A stretch of 64,000 nucleotides of DNA from Macrostomum lignano (taxonomy: Eukaryota): positions 186,001 to 250,000 of the forward strand of contig NIVC01000416.1 in the NCBI GenBank assembly GCA_002269645.1. The letters run 5' to 3'. The translations under genes were made by a program, and so were the position numbers. The notes beneath the pieces were generated by a model. It saw only the letters and a program-made list of their open reading frames with translations, had not been told where the DNA came from and made no database searches. Within the stretch, counting starts at the first letter, position 1, and each line of letters starts with the position of its first letter. This document shows, piece by piece, positions 54,505 to 64,000 of the stretch.

Positions 54505-54795
54505 GCGGCCGCTTTCAAGTTGGCCGTCTGGGATCCGGGAGTTTGAGCTGCCTGTCTGTGGTAGTGAACTACCGCTGAGAGACCTACACGAGGGGTGTTG
54601 CGTACTGGTTTAACGCAGATCTGGTGTCTGTTTCTAATTTGGAAGCAAATATAAACTATTCAACTTGGAAATGCTTCGAGTCTTTAAGCATATGCAGTTG
54701 TGCCAGCGAAAGCCATTGGATAAAAAATACTATGCTTCACTATTTGCTTTGGTTGTTTTTATTTTTATCACAAATTTTATCAAATTTTAAATCTA

Positions 54796-54971
54796 ATTGT
54801 AGGGAAAGTTTTAAAAAATACTTTTTAAAACATCTGAATTTAACTTTTTAGACCGACAGACAGACAGACAGACACATACATACAGAAGAACAGACAGACA
54901 GACAATTCCCGAGATTTGACTTTCCCTACAATCAGATATGAACCCTCGGGGCGAAGTGGGTCGTTTGTGTA
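54796..54971 (+). mobile_element. Short Helentron/DINE-like non-autonomous element (copy 1)
   Basis: Internal subterminal IR ATTGTAGGGAAAGT (54796) / ACTTTCCCTACAAT (54919) flanking (GACA)n, followed by the GC-rich end ACCCTCGGGGCGAAGTGGGT. Confidence 0.55.
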
Positions 54972-55956
54972 TTTGACTAATGTTTCTAATGTGTAATTGA
55001 TGTGTTGATGTGTCAAAATAGAATGAGTTCGCCCCGAGGTCGGTCTGTCTGTCCTGCTGTCTGTCTGTCTGGCTGTCTGACTGTCTGCCTCCTCACTCCC
55101 CTCTTCTCTGAGTCTCATCGATCTTCCCTCACCTCTTCTCTCAGAGATTTAGTATATGGATTGTAGGAGTTCACTGGCAACACACAGAAAACAGACAAAC
55201 ATCGCTAGAGTTTTATTTTAGTATATTGAAATAAAATTTAGTATATTTAGATTTAATATATTCGACGAATAGATTGGCGCCATTGAAATCGCCCTTGCTT
55301 AGAGTCCCTTCAGTTTATACTGAGCCCCAACTGGGCTACCCCATCCTGAAACCTCTGGACGCGTCCCTGTATAGGCTCCATAGGCCCACAGTTAGTTGGA
55401 GGCTGAAACCGAAAGTGTGAGTTTGGGCTGGGCCATAGCCATCCTCTTCTCTCTGCCACTGTTTCTAGGGCTCCCAAAACACATAAATTATTCTTGTACG
55501 CAAGCAATACATTGAACACAGACCTCTGGATCCGAGAGGTTCGCCCTGAGTAACTGAGTGACCTGCGAGACAACTAGGAAGAGTAGGCTACTAAAAGTAG
55601 TATGAGGGGAAAATGTGCACTATGGTTTCTAGACATACACTACCATAATGTTGTAAATGACGCAATTCTTCATTATAGTTTCTAGTTTATAGTTATAGTT
55701 ACTTTTCCAGATGGACTCGGCTCACTTATCGACAGGGGCGCCGCCGCCTCCGAAGCGACCGGCTGCGGCTGCTGTAAAAAAACGGCTTGTTATGGGCTGG
55801 GCTACGAAGGTCACTCAGAAAGTTCTTAGCCTGAATAAGAAAACAGCAACAAATGAACTAAAAAACTACTACAAATGCTTTAAGTACTCAAATGCTCAAA
55901 TTTCATGCTTCTACGTCTTGTGGATCCTACTCAGGCTAAAGACTTTCTGAGTGACC

Positions 55957-56673
55957 CTCGTACACAAACGACCCACTTCGCCCCGAGGGTTCATATCTGA
56001 TTGTAGGGAAAGTCAAATCTCGGGAATTGTCTGTCTGTCCGTTCTTCTGTATGTCTGTCTGTCTGTCCGTTCTTCTGTATGTATGTATGTGTCTGCCTGT
56101 CTGTCTGTCTGTCTGTCCGTTCTTCTGTATGTATGTATGTGTCTGCCTGTCTGTCTGTCTGTCTGTCCGTTCTTCTGTATGTATGTGTCTGCCTGTCTGT
56201 CTGTCTGTCTGTCCGTTCTTCTGTATGTATGTGTCTGCCTGTCTGTCTGTCTGTCTGTCCGTTCTTCTGTATGTATGTGTCTGCCTGTCTGTCTGTCTGT
56301 CTGTCCGTTCTTCTGTATGTATGTGTCTGCCTGTCTGTCTGTCTGTCTGTCCGTTCTTCTGTATGTATGTGTCTGCCTGTCTGTCTGTCTGTCTGTCCGT
56401 TCTTCTGTATGTATGTGTCTGCCTGTCTGTCTGTCCGTTCTTCTGTATGTATGTGTCTGCCTGTCTGTCTGTCTGTCTGTCCGTTCTTCTGTATGTATGT
56501 GTCTGCCTGTCTGTCTGTCTGTCTGTCCGTTCTTCTGTATGTATGTGTCTGCCTGTCTGTCTGTCTGTCTGTCCGTTCTTCTGTATGTATGTGTCTGCCT
56601 GTCTGTCTGTCTGTCTGTCCGTTCTTCTGTCTGTCTGTCTGTCTGTCCGTTCTTCTGTCTGTCTGTCTGTCCA

Positions 56674-56725
<52 letters not shown>

Positions 56726-56794
56726 AAAAGTTAAATTCAAATGTTTTAAAAAGTAAAAAAAAATTTTAAAACTTTTCCTACAATCAGGTACGAG
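55957..56794 (-). mobile_element. Helentron/DINE-like non-autonomous element with expanded (GTCT)n/GTTCTTCTGTAT array (copy 2, inverted)
   Basis: Reverse complement of copy 1 ends; IR CTGATTGTAGGGAAAGT (55997) / ACTTTTCCTACAATCAG (56771); terminal CTCGTAC/GTACGAG. Confidence 0.6.
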
Positions 56795-57484
56795 TGTACG
56801 GTTTATACGATTTTTATAGTAGAAAACTATAAAAAGTAGACTTGATTAGAGTGAGGAATGACATTGAAACTGTCGCCACTCGCCAAGAAACCCGGCCTTA
56901 AATATTTTCCAAGAAATGAAGTTTCCGTTTTTGATCCTTGTATATGATTTTAAGTTTTACATTTATTCAAGTAACGATCAGTTACCGTGGACAACATATG
57001 AAGTTGCGGACTACTAGGTTGGTAGTCGTGTGCCATGCATGTTGATAATTGTGGCAGCCAGCCGCTTTAGTTTCTTATTCATGCATACATTATTGTTTAT
57101 TGACAAACTCAAATATACTTGTAAAGGGCTGTGGCTGCGCCCACAGTCTCGCCAAGCGCGAATACTCCTAATACATGCAAACACAACAATAGTTACCACG
57201 TATTCATAGTCCCTATACGATATGTCGATCTTTTGAGTCGAGTCCAGGATGGACCTCATTCTGCAGTTAACGAAACAGAAGTCTGCATAAAGTTAGATGT
57301 GCCTGCCATGTGGCCTCGTAGCTAGCGAGGCTGCAATATTCTAAGACGGATTGGCAAACTCCGGCTTGCGAGCGAAGCCTCTATCCGGCTCTCGCGGGTC
57401 CTTAGAAACTTCACAATAGCAATTATTCGCCCGCTCTGGGTTTTTGTCTTCTCTCTTCTCAGTTCTCTCCTCTCTTCCCTCTTC

Positions 57485-57496
57485 TCTTCTCTTCTC

Positions 57497-57555
<59 letters not shown>
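57485..57555. repeat. (CT)n microsatellite
   Basis: Direct reading. Confidence 0.9.
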
Positions 57556-57559
<4 letters not shown>

Positions 57560-57602
57560 CATCACTCCCCTCCCCCTCTCTTCTTTAATCTCTCTCTAAG
57601 AT

Positions 57603-57817
57603 GGGGGGCATCAGAAACCCGAAAAATCACAACTCCGAAATTACTAGCAACGCACACCAAGAAGCCGAAATATCAACTCCGAAAACAAAAATAGCATTGT
57701 CCATCATAAACCTGAGATATCATAAACTCCGAATGTTCTAGCCATGTTCAACTATTTTGGTTTTCGGGGTTGTGATATTTCGGGTTTGCGATATTTCGGG
57801 TTTATGATGGCGACCCC
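57603..57817. mobile_element. MITE with imperfect TIRs and CCGAAA subterminal repeats
   Basis: GGGG.CATCAGAAACCCGAAA versus TTTCGGGTTTATGATGGCGACCCC, with repeated inward-facing CCGAAA/TTTCGG motifs. Confidence 0.55.
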
Positions 57818-58339
57818 TCTTAACTCTTTTCTTATCTTATCTCTCATCGCATCTCTTATCTCGGCTCTTAACTGTCATCTCTCATATTATCTATTCTCTT
57901 CTTTCTTCTATTCCTTCTTCCTCTATCATTTAGTCCGGCAGCAATGATCTACATGTTCGCTACTGATTCTTTACTGGCCTTGGAGGTGAAAAAGTTGACG
58001 ACCCCAGTTGTTCTATGCGCATTGGCAGACAATATTAAAACAACGGATTGATGGAGATGATTTACGATAAATTTCATGAAATAGAAGACTACTAGCTTGG
58101 CTTTACTACATGCAGTCTCATAAATGTGCCAACATCCTCGCCTTGCATCTTTGCAAGAAAGCAACATGCAAAATAAAAAACGAAATGGCTTGTTGAGTCT
58201 GGCCCAGGACAGCAGAGTCCCGTAATCTCTTAAGCTCCTATCGCGGAAAATTTTTTGATTTTTGTCATTTAAGGAATTAATATAAGTATAGTACCTCGTG
58301 TACATCACTTGTCAAAATGTCAAGCCAGCACTAAATATG

Positions 58340-58631
58340 TTTTATAAGACCTGTTCCAATTGACAGATTTGCAACCGACAGTCAGCCGCAGCTATTGCAC
58401 AGCGCATCTGAAGCTGCGTACGGCTGTTCAGTCCAAGGACTGGGAGGGGGGGGCTCAACACAACGTCACCACAGCTAATGCTGGCACCCACTTTACAGCT
58501 GGGTGAACTGAAGCAATGCAGAGTTACAGTGTAGGTGTCTTGCTTAATTTGTTTACTGTGGGTCGAGAATCGAACCCCCAACCTTTCAGTCGTGAGTCCC
58601 TCCGACGCTCCAACCACTAGGCTACAACCCC
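58340..58631 (-). mobile_element. Near full-length tRNA-derived SINE with CORE-like central domain
   Basis: A box TAGCCTAGTGG, B box GGTTCGATTC, then CTTCAGTTCACCCAGCTGTAAAGTGGG resembling the CORE/MIR motif; homologous to 39425-39600. Confidence 0.75.
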
Positions 58632-61071
58632 TACTGATTGATGATAAATAATAAATGAAGAAATTCAATTTTAAAATCCGATTGTTCTCATAAAATTGGT
58701 TAATCATATTAAGTATGCGTATTTTATTTAACGGAAAAAGAGAAGAGTGGATTAGCTTTTAAAAAGTCTGTTTCTTTTCACGATAAAACATCATTATAAG
58801 CGCAAATTTTTCCTCTAAAGAAAGATAGTAATATAATTATGACTGCTGTTTTTTTCATAACGATGAATTCACAAACAAATTAAGCTAATAATGGATATAT
58901 AAAGTGCTCTTCATCTCTACTAGTAGCACGGGACTTAACTATGGAGCCGTGCGAGTAAAACGGAGAATGTACACTGCCAGTGTACAGCAACAAAATGTAC
59001 ATTACAAGCAAAAAAATATCCTAGCCCATTTTTAACCCTCCGCTTTTCCTATTGGCTTAGAGTGCAGTCACGTGACAACGGTTTCATCCAATGGCGGAAT
59101 AGAAGAAACGGTCGGGTGATTCCCCAAGGTCGAAAGTGAATATCCAAAGTTGTCTTTATTATGAGCAATTATTTATTAACAACTCAAAATAAAATTAGCT
59201 CGTACTATGATATGAGGTACTATCTATAGATTATACAATCAATATAGATAAAAAGTGCATCAGCATTAAGATTTTTTAGTCCGGTTTCAAATTTCCATTA
59301 AGCGATGGCAAATATTGTTGATACTAATCAGTAAAACACGGTTTACAACGTCAATCAGAATAATTATTAGCAAATTAATGCCGGTCACAACATAGCAACT
59401 GAAAAATAACAGAACACGATCGAAGTGCATTATAGTTGGCATGCGGCACTTGTTTACAATGTCGCTGCTATGGTAACGGGTGGATGGGTCAACGCTTAAT
59501 TAATTGCCTTAAAAGTCTGGCTAAAAATACACAATTTTCAAATCGAGATGCTGGTTTGGTATGACAGGCAGATTGTGCTACACTAAGTGGATTATAGCAT
59601 GAACTGATTCAAATTTATTTATCATGTAAGTGATACTGGGGTATGCTTAAAAAAGATGATCAATATTGGATAGCTATGAAAGGTAGAGCCAAGGACTACT
59701 CAAGTAGAAGGACAGGGAACTGTGTTTTCTTAGAAAATGTTTAGGGCTAGTTTTTGCCGAAAAATATACTACGGAGATAGGAAGTTTTTCATTTTTTTCA
59801 GCACAGATTAGATTTCAGCACATAGATTTTATGAATCTATTTTATCATCTGTTACACAGTCAGCTAAGAATGGTAAAATAGACCCATAAAACCAATGAGC
59901 CGAGCCGTGCCATTTTAATGGTTTTTAGGCAATGTACAAAACTGAAAACCAGCCTCATAAACATTTTCTAAGAAACGTAGTCCTTGAGTGGAGCATTTAA
60001 AGATTTATTTAAAACAACTTTCTGAGAGACCAATTTGGGCAATAAAAATAAAGGGGACAGATATTGACGGACATTCCTAACTGACTACTAACTAACAAAC
60101 ATAGTAGCAAATAAAGGAAAAATAGCAAAAACACATCATTGACCTTAAACCAAAATTTGCAAATTGTACAATCAAAATAAAAATTAGCAACAGAAAACGA
60201 ACCGAATTGAAGCGATTATTCTTATTTTAAAAGCAACAAAAGGAAAATCAAATATAATTAACAATTTAGGAGGATCACAAATTGCAATCAACGGTCCGTC
60301 AGGATTTTTACGCACAGAATATATAATATATGTATTTATATAGGATACCACAGATGCTATAATAACCAGATGGGCCACTCAGCACATTTGCGTGTAAGCT
60401 ACTTTTACTTCAGTAGTAAGTTGTTAAACAGAAGCATTTTAATGTATTTTAAAGCCAAGGCTCATTTATTGGCTCTTACCAACCCCCCCTCCCAGCTTAA
60501 ACCCTCCCTCCAACCGCGCCTCTCCCACTACCCCCCATGTACATTTCAGTGGACTGGCTAATGTACATTAGCCAACCAATGCTCAACCAATTAGCAAGTT
60601 GTTTACGCCTGCAAGCTTGGGCTTTTAAACTTATCAAAGTCGTTTCAGCTGCCTTTATTTTTATAAAATAGCTTATGTATTCTTCTTTGCTACTGAACTG
60701 AAAGTAGAAAGCTGTTTTACTAAGTGTATACGCCTCAGTGGCCCATCTAGTCATTTAAGTATCTGTGTAAGGCTACAAGTCACCCGAAGCGCATTGCACG
60801 AATTTAAAAACTTTTGATGAAATTTTCTGCAAGTTGAAAATTTAAAGATTTCATCTTATATTTAAAAAAACACAACAATCAAATAAACAAACACAAAAAC
60901 TGGAATTTCTTAACTGGCACGATAATATATAGATATCAGTATACCTAATTTATGTATACAGTTTTGCGATGAGAGAAAAAAAAACGCCAAAAAGCGCGTA
61001 CACGCTACTATCAACTAGTAGATTATTATTGTTTATCCAGTTTATGTTGTTTCCTTAATAAAGCAGCAAAT

Positions 61072-62098
61072 TTAGCAACAACCCGAACTGGACGATTTGA
61101 CTGGCTGGGTGCCGCTGGGGCCAACTTTGATAGCCGGCTTGGCCTGCTGGCCCGCTGCCCCGGCTGCTGGGCCCATGCGAGATTTGATCTCGCTAGCCAT
61201 CGACATGAAGGCCTGCTCAACGTTCGTGGCATTCTTGGCGCTGGTCTCTAGGAATACTATGCCGAGCTTGTCGGCGTATTCCTGTTGCCATGGGCGGTGG
61301 CGTTAGTTAGTTTGCATTGTCTCTGCATGGCCTGAACTAATTATCTCTCCTATCTCATCTGTCTGATTCGTTTTATCTCCCCACCCATCCTATCTCTCCC
61401 ACACCTCCTTATGTCTCCCACACCTCCTTATGTCTCCACACCCCTCCTTATCTTTCCCTACCCCTCCTTATCTCCCCACATTTTCCTTATCTCTCCCAAC
61501 CCTCCTCATCTCCCCCCACCCGCTTTTTATCTCCCCCACTTTTTCTTTCCTTTCTACCCTCTCGACTCTCTCATATTGTCCTGTTCCTGTTTCATAGTTC
61601 CCGTAAATAATTACTAAATAAAATTGTACCTTAGCGGTGGCAAAGTCCACAACTTTCTTGCTAGTTAAATCGCACTTGTTGCCAACCAACAATTTGTTGA
61701 CATTCTCCGAAGCGTATTTGTCGATCTCTTGTAGCCAATTCTTAACGTTGTTGAACGACTCTTGGTCTGTGCAATCGTACACCACAATGATGCCATGGGC
61801 GCCTCGATAATAAGACGAGGTGATGGTGCGGAAACGCTCCTGGCCAGCAGTGTCCCAGATCTGCAATTAATTAATAGATAATTCAATGCCAAATTGTACA
61901 TACTGCTATGCACTGTTGAGTCAGTTACAAACCTGCAGCTTGATAGTTTTTCCATCCAGCTCAATGGTACGAATCTTGAAATCAACTCCAATGGTACTGA
62001 TGTAGCTCTCCGTGTAAGTGTCATCCGCAAAGCGCAACAATAGGCAGCTTTTGCCAACACCAGAGTCGCCAATCAGAAGCAACTTGAACAGATAGTCA
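61072..62098 (-). CDS. RAB1: Ras-related protein Rab1 (first exon not found in window)
   Basis: Exons 62098-61933 ([17 protein letters not shown]...TIKLQ), 61860-61630 ([21 protein letters not shown]...NKCD) and 61281-61072 (ETSAK...C-terminal GCC-stop prenylation motif). Confidence 0.97.
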
Positions 62099-62421
62099 CT
62101 GATAGGGGTGGAGGAGTAATGAAAAGTTGTCATTTTGATAAGTAAAATGCTTGTAAAATGAAAAACCCATTCATACATACATAATAATTGAACAGGATTT
62201 ACTATGCTTCCAGCTAAACATAGCCAAATATAGTATTAAAAATCAACTGCCAAGTATCATTATATTGCATACTTAAGCATACTATAGAATCCAATCAAAG
62301 TATTTAACTTGGCTAGAAACTTTATAGGATAATATTATTTAATAGTTGAGTATAGCTTATTTGACTGGTAAAAACTTTTAATTAGCATATAAAAAAGTAT
62401 CATTAACAAATAAATGGGTTG

Positions 62422-62993
62422 ATAAGATTTGCCTGCCAAGATTTTCTTGCAATTGTGCCAAGATTTGCCCACAGTGCATTTTGCCCACAAGTGAGTGGTC
62501 TACCATGTTTTTCCCACTGAGGTTTACCCACAATGCTTCTTCCTGCAGTGCATTTAGCCACAAGGCAGATCTTGTCTGCATTGCCCCCAATGCTTAGTAG
62601 TTGTCTTAATAAAGGATTTACCTTATGAAAACATTTTGATTATAACAGAACATCAAATGCCTATTTTTCTTAGGGTTATTTTATTTCTGTATACATGCAG
62701 GGGTACATTAGTAAGCTAATAATTCATGCATATGTAATGCTACATTGTTCCATATTTCTCTCTATTAATAAAGATTTAAAATTGGGGAAGAGGCATAGCA
62801 GACAAGATCTGCCATGTGGCTAAATGTGCTGCAATAAAAACATTGTAGGCCTAAACAAACCTTGGTGCAAAAAATCTTGGTGGGCAATTTGCTTATAGGC
62901 AAATCGCGTTGCAGGCAAATCTTGATAGGCAATTTGCTTATGAGCAAGCTGCATAATACACTGTAGGCAAATCTTGGCAGGCAAATATCTTAT
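62422..62993. mobile_element. Foldback/MITE-like element with long imperfect inverted arms in Rab1 intron 1
   Basis: ATAAGATTTGCCTGCCAAGATTT (62422) versus AAATCTTGGCAGGCAAAT..CTTAT (62969-62993); inner IR 62544-62579 / 62798-62833; GGCAAAT subrepeats. Confidence 0.6.
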
Positions 62994-63263
62994 AGGCAAA
63001 ACTCAACAGTCAATTCTTGTGCTCCATAAATAAATATATAGAATAAAAGCTCATACAAAACTTTAAACAACAAATTTCTAAGCAAAATCCTTTGCTTCAA
63101 AAATAATAATAAAAGGATACACTTTTATAGGCATATCCTTAGTATTTTTTTATAGTATATAATATAAAGTCATACAACCTTATACTAACCATATTTTAGA
63201 TAATAAATGCTAGGAAATTCTTATATATGAAAGCTCTAGCTAGTGCTATAGTATATAAGCAAG

Positions 63264-63541
63264 CAGTGGTAGATCTAGAGTTTCATTTGGGGGGGGGGTA
63301 GTCCAAGTTTGGGATGCCAACACAAGTAAAAGGGGCACCAATTTTTAAGCTAGGGGACACCAAAAATGCATGTATAGGGCAAAAAGTCAAGCTTAGGGAT
63401 GCAAAAAAGGCATTGGGAGGCAAAAAATCAAGTTTAGGGGGCATAAACTCAGGTTTTTGGGGGGTGCAATATGTTCTATCAAGCTATTTTAGGGGAGGCA
63501 GGCAGCCACCCCCCCCCCCCGGCCTCCTAAATCCACCCCTA
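63264..63541. mobile_element. hAT-type MITE
   Basis: Imperfect TIRs CAGTGGTAGATCTAG / CTAAATCCACCCCTA and a 7/8 TSD (TAAGCAAG versus TAAGCCAG). Confidence 0.65.
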
Positions 63542-64000
63542 TAAGCCAGGATCGAATTCTTGCTTCGGGGTAGGAAAACACACATGCACATTTTTGGAGC
63601 ATTGCGCAAATGCACGCGCCAGCTGTAAAAAAATTCATATGCAGATCATGGCCCATGAGCTAAAAAATGACATTTATAGTTTTTAAATTCTATGCTGGCA
63701 TAAATTAAAAAGTTGTACTTTAAGTGTAGAATAGCTTGAACTAGAGGTCAGACGAGCAGAAAATTTTGGTCGAGTGTGAAATTTCGTGAAATTTTCAAAG
63801 TTGGGCGTGATCGTGATCATGATCGTGAATTTATATTTGCATATACCTATTTTGAGCTTGTAAGTTACAAGTGTTGAAAATAACAAAACAAGAAAAGAAA
63901 TATTTATAAATTGATAATAGCTACTCGGTAATGCTGTCAAGTCAACAAATTAAAAATTTATTACTCTTTTACACATTTGTGTTCACATATTTTGGTAAAC

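Noticed and set aside
55951-56769. Cys/Val-rich ORFs (SVCLSVCL..)
   Set aside because: Translation of the (GTCT)n/(GTAT)n microsatellite within a repeat element.
58918-58955. Helitron 3' end (GCACGG..CCGTGC hairpin next to CTAG on the minus strand)
   Set aside because: No matching 5' TC terminus or second copy identified, so too little to call.
62100-64000. Rab1 first exon (M..NPEY)
   Set aside because: No matching phase-2 exon was found by eye; presumed to lie beyond the window.

Overview
Eukaryotic (metazoan) genomic DNA with GT-AG introns, GC-rich exons and introns packed with simple and minisatellite arrays. The overall style suggests a free-living flatworm such as Macrostomum, but this is inference only. 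Most long ORFs in the supplied track are artefacts of tandem repeats. Spliced genes reconstructed by hand: (1) an unannotated minus-strand gene (<1-4875) built from tandemly duplicated phase-0 exon/intron modules and encoding a charged, low-complexity repeat protein; (2) a TRPC-family channel on the minus strand (common exons 11911-7459), with at least three candidate alternative first coding exons 6-20 kb upstream that all end in phase 2 and fit one shared acceptor, and with no transmembrane exons recognisable in the window; (3) a FAM149/DUF3719 homologue (+, ~41544-45407); (4) a divergent RPS4 (+, 52374-54504); (5) Rab1 (-, 62098-61072, first exon not found). Mobile DNA includes a composite hAT element with an 8-bp TSD, a hAT MITE, two tRNA/CORE-like SINEs, a 5'-truncated RTE-like LINE, a LINE ORF1-like fragment, Helentron/DINE-like elements in inverted orientation, foldback MITEs and a ~650-bp near-perfect palindrome. 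No CRISPR array or prokaryotic system is present.
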